From contig CM059431.1 in NCBI GenBank assembly GCA_030390025.1, forward strand, positions 159,714,001 through 159,778,000: a stretch of 64,000 nucleotides of DNA. Direction: 5' to 3'. A model generated the notes under the pieces. It searched no databases. It was not told the DNA's origin and saw only the letters and a list, made by a program, of their open reading frames with translations. Shown here one piece after another: positions 10,201 to 23,600 of the stretch (positions are counted from its first letter, which is position 1; each line of letters opens with the position of its first letter). The position numbers were made by a program, and so were the translations under genes. This stretch comes from Squalus acanthias. Lineage: Eukaryota.

Positions 10201-13200
10201 TGTTAGAGTAGACTCACCACCAGTAATGTTAGAGTAGACTCACCACCACTAATGTTAGAGAAGGGTCACCACCAGTAATGTTAGATTAGAGTCACCACCA
10301 GTAATGTTAGAGTAGACTCACCGCCAGTAATGTTAGTGTAGACTCACCACCAGTAATGTTAGAGTAGAGTAACCATCAGTAATGATAGAGTAGAGTCACC
10401 ACCAGTAATGTTAGAGTAGGGTCTCCAGCAGTAATGTTAGAGTAGAGTTACCACCAGTAATGTTAGAGTAGGGTCACCAGCAGTAATGTTAGAGTAGGGT
10501 CACCAGCAGTAATGTTAGAGTAGGGTCACCAGCAGTAATGTTAGAGTAGGGTCACCACCAGTAATGTTAGAGGAGGGTCACCACCAGTAATGTTAGAGTA
10601 TGGTCACCATCAGTAATGTTACAGTAGACTCACCACCAGTAATGTTAGAGTAGGGTGACCACCAGTAATGTTAGAGTAGGGTCACCACCAGTAATGTTAG
10701 AGTAGGATCAACACCAGTAAAGTTAGAGTCGGGTCACCACCAGTAATGTTAGAGTAGGGTCACCACCAGTAATGTTAGAGTAGGGTGACCACCAGTAATG
10801 TCAGAGTCGGGTCACCAGCAGTAATGTTAGAGTTTGGTCACCACCAGTAATGTTCGAGTAGAGTCAACACCAGTAATGTTAGAGTAGAGTCACCACCAGT
10901 AATGTTAGAGTTTGGTCACCACCAGTAATGTTCGAGTAGAGTCAACACCAGTAATGTTAGAGTAGAGTCACCACCAGTAATGTTAGAGTAGGGTCACCAG
11001 CCGTAATGTTAGAGTAGAGTCACCAGCAGTAATGTTAGAGTAGACTCACCACCATTAATGTTAGAGTAGTGTCACCACCACTAATGTTAGAGTAGAGTCA
11101 CCACCATAAATGTTAGAGTAGAGTCACCACCACTAATGTTAGAGTAGAGTCACCTCCAGTAATGTTAGAGTAGAGTCACCACCACTAATGTTAGAGTAGA
11201 CTCACCACCAGTAATGTTAGAGTAGACTCACCACCAGTAATGTTAGAGTAGACTCACCACCAGTAATGTTAGAGTAGACTCACCACCACTAATGTTAGAG
11301 AAGGGTCACCACCAGTAATGTTAGATTAGAGTCACCACCAGTAATGTTAGAGTAGACTCACAGCCAGTAATGTTAGTGTAGACTCACCACCAGTAATGTT
11401 AGAGTAGGGTCACCAACAGTAATGTTAGAGTAGAGTCACCACCAGTAATGTTAGAGTAGAGTCACCACCAGTAATGATAGAGTAGAGTCACCACCAGTAA
11501 TGTTAGAATAGGGTCTCCAGCAGTAACGTTAGAGTAGAGTTACCACCAGTAATGTTAGAGTAGGGTCACCAGCAGTAATGTTAGAGTAGGGTCACCAGCA
11601 GTAATGTTAGAGTAGGGTCACCAGCAGTAATGTTAGAGTAGGGTCACCACCAGTAATGTTAGAGGAGGGTCACCACCAGTAATGTTAGAGTATGGTCACC
11701 ATCAGTAATGTTAGAGTAGGATCACCACCAGTAATGTTAGAGTAGGGTTACCACCAGTGATGTTAGAGTAGGGTCACCAGCAGTAATGTTAGAGTAGGGT
11801 CACCACCAGTAATGTTAGAGTAGGGTCACCACAAGTAATGTTAGAGTAGGGTCACCACCAGTAATGTTAGAGTGGGTTCACCACCAGTAATGTTAGAGTA
11901 GAGTCACCACCAATAACATTAGGGTAGTGTCACCACCAGTAATATTAGAGCAGGGTCACCAGCAGTTTTGTTAGAGTAGGTCACCATAAGTAATGTTAGA
12001 ATAGGTCAACACAAGTAATGTTAGAATAGATTCACGACCAGTAATGTTGGATTAGGTTCATCACCAGTAATGATAGAGTAGGGTCACCACCAGTAATGTT
12101 AGAGTAGAGTCAGCACCAGTAATGTTAGAGTAGGGTCATCACCAGTAATGTTAGAGTAGGGTCACCACCAGTAATGCTAGAGTCGTGTCACGAGCAGTAA
12201 TGCTAGGGGAGGATCACCAACAGTAATTTTAGAGTAGAGTCACTACCAGTAATGTTAGAGTAGGGTCACCACCAGTATTGTTAGAGTAGAGTCATCACCA
12301 GTAGTGTTAGAGTAGGGTCACCAGCAGTAACCTTAGAGTAGAGTAACCACCAGTAATTTTATAGTATAGTCACCACCAGTAATGTTGGATTAGTGTCATC
12401 ACCAGTAATGTTAGAGTAGGGTCAACACCAATAATGTTAGAGCAGAGTCACCACCAGTAATGTTAGAGTAGAGTCACGACCAGTAACGTTCGAGTAGAGT
12501 CAACACCAGTAATGTTAGAGTAGAGTCACCAGCAGTAATGTTAGAGTGGACTCACCACCAGTAATGTTAGAGTAGACTCACCACCAGTACTGTTAGAGTA
12601 GAGTCACCACCAATAATGTTAGAGTAGGGTCACCACCAGTGATGTTAGAGTAGACTCACCACCAGTAATGTTAGAGTAGACTCACCACCAGTTATGTTAG
12701 AGTAGGATCACCACCAGTGATCTGAGAGTAGGGTCACCACCAGTAATGTTAGAGTAGGGTCACCACAAGTAATGTTAGAGTAGGGTCACCACCAGTAATG
12801 TTAGAGTAGTGTCACCACCAGTAATGTTAGAGTGGGTAGACCAGCAGTAATGTTAAATTCAGGTCACCATCTTTAATGTTAGAGTAGGGTCACCACCAGT
12901 AACGTTAGAATAGAGTCATCACCAGTACTGTTAGAGTAGAATCAGCACCAGTAATGTTAGAGTAGACTCACCACCAGTAATGTTAGAGTAGGATCACCAC
13001 CAGTAATGTGAGAGTAGGGTCACCACCAGTAATGTTAGAGTAGACTCACCACCAGTAATGTTAGAGTAGGATCACCACCAGTAATGTGAGAGTAGGGTCA
13101 CCACCAGTAATGTTAGATTAGAGTCACCACCAGTAATGTTAGAGTAGATTCACCACCAGTAATGTTAGAGTAGAGTCACCACCAGTAATGTTAGATTAGA

Positions 13201-16200
13201 GTCACCACCAGTAATGTTAGAGTAGATTCACCACCAGTAATGTTAGAGCAGAGTCAGCACCAGTAATGTTAGATTAGGGTCACCACCAGTAATGTTAGAG
13301 TAGAGTCACCACCAATAATGTTAGAGTAGAGTCACCACCAGTAAAGTTAGAGTAGAGTCACCAACACTAATGTTAGAGTAGCCTCACCACCAGTAATGTT
13401 AGAGTAGACTCTCCACCAGTAATGTTAGAGTGGACTCACCACCACTAATGTTAGAGTAGGGTCACCACCAGTAATGTTAGATTAGAGTCACCACCAGTAA
13501 TGTCAGAGTAGACTCACCGCCAGTAATGTTAGTGTAGACTCACCACCAGTAATGTTGGAGAAGGGTCACCAACAGTAATGGTAGAGTAGAGTCACCACCA
13601 GTAATGTTAGAGTAGAGTCACCACCAGTAATGATAGAGTAGAGTCACCACCAGTAATGTTAGAATAGGGTCTCCAGCAGTAACGTTAGAGTAGAGTTACC
13701 ACCAGTAATGTTAGAGTAGGGTCACCAGCAGTAATGTTAGAGTAGGGTCACCAGCAGTAATGTTAGAGTAGGGTCACCAGCAGTAATGTTAGAGTAGGGT
13801 CACCACCAGTAATGTTAGAGGAGGGTCACCACCAGTAATGTTAGAGTATGGTCACCATCAGTAATGTTAGAGTAGGATCACCACCAGTAATGTTAGAGTA
13901 GGGTTACCACCAGTGATGTTAGAGTAGGGTCACCAGCAGTAATGTTAGAGTAGGGTCACCACCAGTAATGTTAGAGTAGGGTCACCACAAGTAATGTTAG
14001 AGTAGGGTCACCACCAGTAATGTTAGAGTGGGTTCACCACCAGTAATGTTAGAGTAGAGTCACCACCAATAACATTAGGGTAGTGTCACCACCAGTAATA
14101 TTAGAGCAGGGTCACCAGCAGTTTTGTTAGAGTAGGTCACCATAAGTAATGTTAGAATAGGTCAACACAAGTAATGTTAGAATAGATTCACGACCAGTAA
14201 TGTTGGATTAGGTTCATCACCAGTAATGATAGAGTAGGGTCACCACCAGTAATGTTAGAGTAGAGTCAGCACCAGTAATGTTAGAGTAGGGTCATCACCA
14301 GTAATGTTAGAGTAGGGTCACCACCAGTAATGCTAGAGTCGTGTCACGAGCAGTAATGCTAGGGGAGGATCACCAACAGTAATTTTAGAGTAGAGTCACT
14401 ACCAGTAATGTTAGAGTAGGGTCACCACCAGTATTGTTAGAGTAGAGTCATCACCAGTAGTGTTAGAGTAGGGTCACCAGCAGTAACCTTAGAGTAGAGT
14501 AACCACCAGTAATTTTATAGTATAGTCACCACCAGTAATGTTGGATTAGTGTCATCACCAGTAATGTTAGAGTAGGGTCAACACCAATAATGTTAGAGCA
14601 GAGTCACCACCAGTAATGTTAGAGTAGAGTCACGACCAGTAACGTTCGAGTAGAGTCAACACCAGTAATGTTAGAGTAGAGTCACCAGCAGTAATGTTAG
14701 AGTGGACTCACCACCAGTAATGTTAGAGTAGACTCACCACCAGTACTGTTAGAGTAGAGTCACCACCAATAATGTTAGAGTAGGGTCACCACCAGTGATG
14801 TTAGAGTAGACTCACCACCAGTAATGTTAGAGTAGACTCACCACCAGTTATGTTAGAGTAGGATCACCACCAGTAATCTGAGAGTAGGGTCACCACCAGT
14901 AATGTTAGAGTAGGGTCACCACAAGTAATGTTAGAGTAGGGTCACCACCAGTAATGTTAGAGTAGTGTCACCACCAGTAATGTTAGAGTGGGTAGACCAG
15001 CAGTAATGTTAAATTCAGGTCACCATCTTTAATGTTAGAGTAGGGTCACCACCAGTAACGTTAGAATAGAGTCATCACCAGTACTGTTAGAGTAGAATCA
15101 GCACCAGTAATGTTAGAGTAGACTCACCACCAGTAATGTTAGAGTAGGATCACCACCAGTAATGTGAGAGTAGGGTCACCACCAGTAATGTTAGAGTAGA
15201 CTCACCACCAGTAATATTAGAGTAGGATCACCACCAGTAATGTGAGAGTAGGGTCACCACCAGTAATGTTAGATTAGAGTCACCACCAGTAATGTTAGAG
15301 TAGATTCACCACCAGTAATGTTAGAGTAGAGTCACCACCAGTAATGTTAGATTAGAGTCACCACCAGTAATGTTAGAGTAGATTCACCACCAGTAATGTT
15401 AGAGCAGAGTCACCACCAGTAATGTTAGATTAGGGTCACCACCAGTAATGTTAGAGTAGAGTCACTACCAATAATGTTAGAGTAGAGTCACCACCAGTAA
15501 AGTTAGAGTAGAGTCACCAACACTAATGTTAGAGTAGCCTCACCACCAGTAATGTTAGAGTAGACTCTCCACCAGTAATGTTAGAGTGGACTCACCACCA
15601 CTAATGTTAGAGTAGGGTCACCACCAGTAATGTTAGATTAGAGTCACCACCAGTAATGTCAGAGTAGACTCACCGCCAGTAATGTTAGTGTAGACTCACC
15701 ACCAGTAATGTTGGAGAAGGGTCACCAACAGTAATGGTAGAGTAGAGTCACCACCAGTAATGTTAGAGTAGAGTCACCACCAGTAATGATAGAGTAGAGT
15801 CACCACCAGTAATGTTAGAATAGGGTCTCCAGCAGTAACGTTAGAGTAGAGTTACCACCAGTAATGTTAGAGTAGGGTCACCAGCAGTAATGTTAGAGTA
15901 GGGTCACCAGCAGTAATGTTAGAGTAGGGTCACCAGCAGTAATGTTAGAGTAGGGTCACCACCAGTAATGTTAGAGGAGGGTCACCACCAGTAATGTTAG
16001 AGTATGGTCACCATCAGTAATGTTAGAGTAGGATCACCACCAGTAATGTTAGAGTAGGGTCACCAGCAGTAATGTTAGAGTAGGGTCACCACCAGTAATG
16101 TTAGGGTAGGGTCACCACCAGTAACGTTAGAGTAGGGTCACCATCAGTTCTGTTAGAGTAGGGTCACTACCAGTAATGTTAGAGTAGGGTCACCACAAGT

Positions 16201-19200
16201 AATGTTAGAGTAGAGTCACCACCAATAACATTAGGGTAGTGTCACCACCAGTAATATTAGAGCAGGGTCACCAGCAGTTGTGTTAGAGTAGGTCACCATA
16301 AGTAATGTTAGAATAGGTGAACACAAGTAATGTTAGAATAGATTCACGACCAGTAATGTTGGAGTAGGTTCATCACCAGTAATGATAGAGTAGCGTCACC
16401 ACCAGTAATGTTAGAGTAGAGTCAGCACCAGTAATGTTAGAGTAGGGTCACCACCAGTAATATTATAGTAGGGTCATCACCATTAATGCTAGAGTCGTGT
16501 CACCAGCAGTAATGCTAGTGGAGGATCACCACCAGTAATTTTAGAGTAGGGTCACCACCAGTATTGTTAGAGTAGAGTCATCACCAGTAATTTTAGAGTA
16601 TAGTCACCACCAGTAATGTTGGAGTAGTGTCATCACCAGTAATGTTAGAGTAGAGTCACGACCAGTCAGGTTCGAGTAGAGTCAACACCAGTAATGTTAG
16701 ATTAGAGTCACCAGCAGTAATGTTAGAGTAGACTCACCAACAGTAATGTTAGAGTAGACTCACCACCAGTACTGTTAGAGTAGAGTCACCACCAATAATG
16801 TTAGAGTAGGGTCACCACCAGTAATGTTAGAGTAGGGTCACCACCAGTAATGTTAGAGTAAGGTCACCACAATTAATGTTAGAGTAGGGTCACCACCAGT
16901 AATGTTAGAGTAGGTTCACCACCAGTAATGTTAGAGTAGGTTCACCACCAGTAATGTTAGAGAAGAGTCACCACCAATAATGTTAGAGTAGTGTCACCAC
17001 CAGTGATGTTGGAGTAGGGTCACCACAAGTAATGTTAGAGTAGTGTCACCACCAGTAATGTTAGAGTGGGTAGACCAGCAGTAATGTTAAATTCAGGTCA
17101 CCATCTTTAATGTTAGAGTAGGGTCACCACCAGTAACGTTAGAATAGAGTCATCACCAGTACTGTTAGAGTAGAATCAGCACCAGTAATGTTAGAGTAGA
17201 CTCACCACCAGTAATGTTAGAGTAGGATCACCACCAGTAATGTGAGAGTAGGGTCACCACCAGTAATGTTAGAGTAGACTCACCACCAGTAATGTTAGAG
17301 TAGGATCACCACCAGTAATGTGAGAGTAGGGTCACCACCAGTAATGTTAGATTAGAGTCACCACCAGTAATGTTAGAGTAGATTCACCACCAGTAATGTT
17401 AGAGTAGAGTCACCACCAGTAATGTTAGATTAGAGTCACCACCAGTAATGTTAGAGTAGATTCACCACCAGTAATGTTAGAGTAGAGTCACCACCAGTAA
17501 TGTTAGATTAGGGTCACCACCAGTAATGTTAGAGTAGAGTCACCACCAATAATGTTAGAGTAGAGTCACCACCAGTAAAGTTAGAGTAGAGTCACCAACA
17601 CTAATGTTAGAGTAGCCTCACCACCAGTAATGTTAGAGTAGACTCTCCACCAGTGATGTTAGAGTGGACTCACCACCACTAATGTTAGAGTAGGGTCACC
17701 ACCAGTAATGTTAGATTAGAGTCACCACCAGTAATGTCAGAGTAGACTCACCGCCAGTAATGTTAGTGTAGACTCACCACCAGTAATGTTAGAGAAGGGT
17801 CACCAACAGTAATGTTAGAGTAGAGTCACCACCAGTAATGTTAGAGTAGGGTCACCAACAGTAATGTTAGAGTAGAGTCACCACCAGTACTGACAGAGTA
17901 GAGTCACCACCAGTAATGTTAGAGTAGGGTCCCCACCAGTAATGTTAGTGTAGGGTCACCAGCAGTAATGTTAGAGTAGGGTCACCAGCAGTAATGTTAG
18001 AGTAGGGTCACCACCAGTAATGTTAGGGTAGGGTCACCACCAGTAACGTTAGAGTAGGGTCACCATCAGTTCTGTTAGAGTAGGGTCACTACCAGTAATG
18101 TTAGAGTAGGGTCACCACAAGTAATGTTAGAGTAGAGTCACCACCAATAACATTAGGGTAGTGTCACCACCAGTAATATTAGAGCAGGGTCACCAGCAGT
18201 TGTGTTAGAGTAGGTCACCATAAGTAATGTTAGAATAGGTGAACACAAGTAATGTTAGAATAGATTCACGACCAGTAATGTTGGAGTAGGTTCATCACCA
18301 GTAATGATAGAGTAGGGTCACCACCAGTAATGTTAGAGTAGAGTCAGCACCAGTAATGTTAGAGTAGGGTCACCACCAGTAATATTATAGTAGGGTCATC
18401 ACCATTAATGCTAGAGTCGTGTCACCAGCAGTAATGCTAGTGGAGGATCACCACCAGTAATTTTAGAGTAGAGTCACTACCAGTAATGTTAGAGTAGGGT
18501 CACCACCAGTATTGTTAGAGTAGAGTCATCACCAGTAATTTTAGAGTATAGTCACCACCAGTAATGTTGGAGTAGTGTCATCACCAGTAATGTTAGAGTA
18601 GAGTCACGACCAGTCAGGTTCGAGTAGAGTCAACACCAGTAATGTTAGATTAGAGTCACCAGCAGTAATGTTAGAGTAGACTCACCAACAGTAATGTTAG
18701 AGTAGACTCACCACCAGTACTGTTAGAGTAGAGTCACCACCAATAATGTTAGAGTAGGGTCACCACCAGTAATGTTAGAGTAGGGTCACCACCAGTAATG
18801 TTAGAGTAAGGTCACCACAATTAATGTTAGAGTAGGGTCACCACCAGTAATGTTAGAGTAGGTTCACCACCAGTAATGTTAGAGTAGGTTCACCACCAGT
18901 AATGTTAGAGTAGAGTCACCACCAATAATGTTAGAGTAGTGTCACCACCAGTGATGTTGGAGTAGGGTCACCACAAGTAATGTTAGAGTAGGGGCACCAC
19001 CAGTAATGTTAGAGTGGGTAAACCAGCAGTAATGTTAAATTCAGGTCACCATCTGTAATGTTAGAGTCGGGTCACCACCAGTAATGTTAGAGTAGAGTCA
19101 CCATCAGTAATGTTAGAGTAGAGTAACCACCAGTAATGTTAGAGTAGAGTCACCACCAGTAATGTTAGAGTAGAGTCATCACCAGTAATGTTAGAGTAGA

Positions 19201-20625
19201 ATCAGCACCAGTAATGTGAGAGTAGGGTCACCACCAGTAATGTTAGAGTAGAGTCACCATCAGTAATGTTAGAGTTGGATCACCACCAGTAATGTGAGAG
19301 TAGGGTCACCACCAGTAATGATCGAGTAGAGTCACCACCAGTAATGTTAGAGTAGAATCACCACCAGTAATGTTAGAGTAGAATCACCACCAGTAATGTT
19401 CGAGCAGGGTCACCACCAGTAATGATCGAGTAGAGTCACCACCAGTAATGTTAGAGTAGAGTCACCACCAGTAATGTTAGAGTAGAGTCACCACCAGTAA
19501 TGTTAGAGTAGAGTCACCACCAGTAATGTTAGAGTAGAGTCACCACCAGTAATGTTAGAGTAGGGTCACCACCAGTAATGTTAGAGTAGACTCACCATCA
19601 TTAATGTTAGAGTAGGGTCACCACCAGTAATGTTAGAGTAGGATCACCACCAGTAATGTTAGAGTAGGGTCACCACCAGTGATGTTGGAGTAGGGTCACC
19701 ACAAGTAATGTTAGAGTAGGGACACCACCAGTAATGTTAGAGTAGTGTCACCACCAGTAATGTTAGAGTGGGTAAACCAGCAGTAATGTTAAATTCAGGT
19801 AACCATCTGTAATGTTAGAGTAGGGTCACCACCAGTAATGTTAGAGTAGAGTCACCACCAGTAATGTTAGAGTAGAGTCACCACCAGTAATGTTAGAGTA
19901 GAGTCATCACCAGTACTGTTAGAGTAGAATCAGCACCAGTAATGTGAGAGTAGGGTCACCACAAGTAATGTTAGATTAGAGTCACCACCAGTAATGTTAG
20001 AGTAGAGTCACCACCAGTAATGTTAGAGTAGAGTCACCACCAGTAATGTTCGAGTCGGGTCACCACCAGTAATGTTCGAGTAGAGTCACCACCAGTAATG
20101 TTAGAGTTGAGTCACCACCAGTAATGTTCGAGTAGAGTCACCACCAGTAATGTTAGAGTAGAGTCACCACTAGTAATGTTAGAGTATGCTCACCACCAGT
20201 AATGTTAGAGTAGGATCACCACCAGTAATGTGAGAGTAGAGTCACCACCATAAATGTTAGAGTAGAGTCACCACCAATAATGTTAGAGTAGAGTTACCAA
20301 CACTAATGTTAGAGTAGACTCACCACCAGTAATGTTAGAGTAGACTCTCCACCAGTAATGTTAGAGTGGACTCACCACCACTAATGTTAGAGTAGGGTCA
20401 CCACCAGTAATGTTAGATTAGAGTCACCACCAGTAATGTTAGAGTAGACTCACCGCCAGTAATGTTAGTGTAGACTCACCACCAGTAATGTTAGAGAAGG
20501 GTCACCAACAGTAATGTTAGAGTAGAGTCACCACCAGTAATGTTAGAGTAGGGTCACCAACAGTAATGTTAGAGTAGGGTCACCACCAGTACTGATAGAG
20601 TAGAGTCACCACCAGTAATGTTAGA
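7240..20625. repeat. Satellite A: 26-bp tandem repeat, roughly 500 copies, with higher-order structure
   Basis: Consensus GTAATGTTAGAGTAG(A/G)GTCACCACCA, uninterrupted for about 13.4 kb. Confidence 0.97.
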
Positions 20626-23600
20626 GAACTGTTACATCTAGTTTGGGTACCACTAGTACCGGGGAACTGTGGCATCTAGTGTGGGGTACAACTAGTATAG
20701 GAGAACTGTTACATTTAGTGTATGTTACCACTAGTACCGAAGAACTGCTACATCTAGTGTAGGGTATCACTAGTATCGGAGAACTGTTACATCTATTGCA
20801 GGCTATCACTAGTACCGGACAACAGTTTCATCTAGCGAAGGGACCACTGGTACCAGGGAACTGTCACTCCTATTTTAGGGAATCGCCAGTACTGGAGAAA
20901 TGTTACATCTAATGTAGGCTACCACAAGTACCAGAGAACTGTTACATCTAATGTCGGGTACCACTAGTACCAGAGAACTGTTACATCTAGTGTAGGATAC
21001 CACTAGTACCAGAGAACTGCTACATCTAGTGTAGGATACCACTAGTATCGGATAACTGTTACATCTACGTAGGGCACCACTAGTATCGGAGAACTGCTAC
21101 ATCTAGTGTAGGGCAGCACTAGTACCGGAGAACAGTTACATTTAGTGTAGGGCACCACTAGTACCGGAGAACTGTTACATTTAGTGTAGGGCACCACTAG
21201 TACCGGATAACTGTTACATTTAGTGTAGGGTACCACAAGTACCGGAGAACTGTTAGATCTAGTGCAGGGTACCTCCATTACCTGAGAACTAATACATTTA
21301 GTGTAGCATACCACTACAAACGCAGAACTTTTGCATCTAGTGTAGGGGACCACGAGGACCAGAGAACTGTTACATCTAATGTAGGATAGCACTAGTACCG
21401 GAGAACTGTGACATCTAGTGTAGGGGACCACTAGTACCAGAGAACTATTACATCTAGTGTAGGGTACCATAGTACCTGTGAAATGTAACATCTAGTGTAG
21501 TCTACCACTAGTACCATGGAACTGCTACATCTAGTGTAGGATACCTCAACTCCGGAGAACTGTTACATCCAGTGTAGATTACCACTAGTACCGGAGAAAT
21601 GCTACATCTAGTGTATGGCACCAGTAGTACTGGAGAAATGTTACATCTAGTGTACGGTACCAATAGAACCTGAGTACTGTGACATCTAGTGTAGGGTACC
21701 AATAGCACAGGAGAATAGTTACATCTACTGGAGGGGCCACTAGTACTGGTGAACTGCTACATCTAGTGTGGGGTACCACTAGTACCAGAGAACTGCTATT
21801 TCTAGTGTAGGGTATCACTAGTACCAAACAACTGTTACATCTAGTGTAGGCTACCACAAGTACCAGAGAACTGCTACATCTAGTGTAGGATACCACTAGT
21901 ATCGGATAACTGTTATATCTAGTGTAGGGTACCACTAGTACCGGAGAACTGGTACATCTAGTGTAGGGTACCACTAGTACCTGAGAACAGTTACATCTAC
22001 TGTAGGGTACCACTAGTACCTGAGAACTGTTACATCTACTTTAGGGTACCACTAGTACCAGAGAACAGTTACATTTAGTATAGCGTACCACTAGTACCTG
22101 AGAACTGTTACATCTAGTGTAGGTTACCACTAGTACCTGAGAACTGTTATATCTAGTGTAGGGCTCCACTAGTACCGGAGAACTGTTACATCTACTGTAG
22201 GGTACAACTAGTACGAGAGAACAGTTACATTTAGTGTAGCGTACCACTAGTACCTGAGAACTGTTACATCTGGTGTAGGGCACCGCTACTACCAGAGAAC
22301 TTTTGCATCTAGTGTAGGGAACCACTACTACCAGATAACTTTTGCATCTAGTGTAGGGCACCACTTTTACCAGAGAACTGTTACCTGAAAACTGTTACAT
22401 CTAGTGTAGGGTACCACAAGTACCGGAGAACTGTTAGATCTAGTGCAGGGTAACTCTATTTCCTAAGAACTAATACATCTAGTGTAGGGTACCACTACAA
22501 CCGGAGAACTGTTGCATCTAGTGTAGGGCACCACTATTACCAGAGAACTGTTACATCAAGTGTAGGATACCACTAGCACCGGAGAACTGTTATATCTAGT
22601 GTAGGTTAACACTAGTACCGGAGAACTGCTACATCCAGTGTATGGCTTCACTAGTACTGGAGAAATGTTACTTCTAGTGTATGGTACCACTAGAACCTGA
22701 GTACTGTTACATCTAGCGTAGGGTACCAATAGTACAGGAGAGTAGTTACATCTACTGGAGGGGCCACTAGTACTGGTGAACTGCTATATCTAGTGTAGGG
22801 TACCACTAGTACCAAAGAACTGTTACATCTAGTGTAGGCTACCACAAGTACCAGAGAACTGCTACATCTAGTGTAGGATACCACTAGTACCAGAGAACTG
22901 CTACATCTAGTGTAGGATACCACTAGTATCGGATAACTCTTATATCTAGTGTAGTGTACCACTAGTACCGGAGAACTGCTACATTTAGTGTAGGGCACCA
23001 CCAGTACCGGAGAACTGTTACGTATAGTGTAGGGCACCACTAGTATCGGAGAACTGCTACATTTAGTGTAGGGCACCACCAGTACCGGAGAACTGTTACA
23101 TATAGTGTAGGGCACCACTAGTACCGGAGAACTGTTACATATAGTGTAGGGCACCACTAGTACCGGAGAACTGTTACATCTACTGTAGGGTACCACTAAA
23201 ACCAGAGAACAGTTACATTTAGTGTAGCGTACCAATCGTACAAGAGAACTTTTGCATCTAGTGTAGGGAACCACTACTACCAGAGAACTTTTGCATCTAG
23301 TGTAGGGCACCACTATTACCAGAGAACTGTTACCTGAAAACTGTTACATCTAGTGTAGTGTACCACAAGTACCGGACAACTGTTAGATCTAGTACAGGGC
23401 ACCACTATTACCAGAGAACTGTTACATCAAGTGTAGGATACCACTAGCACCGGAGAACTGTTACATCTAGTGTAGTTTACCACTAGCACCGGAGAACTGC
23501 TACATCCAGTGTATGGCATCACTAGTACTGGAGAAATGTTACTTCTAGTGTACGGTACCACTAGAACCTGAGTACTGTTACATCTAGTGTAGGGTACCAA

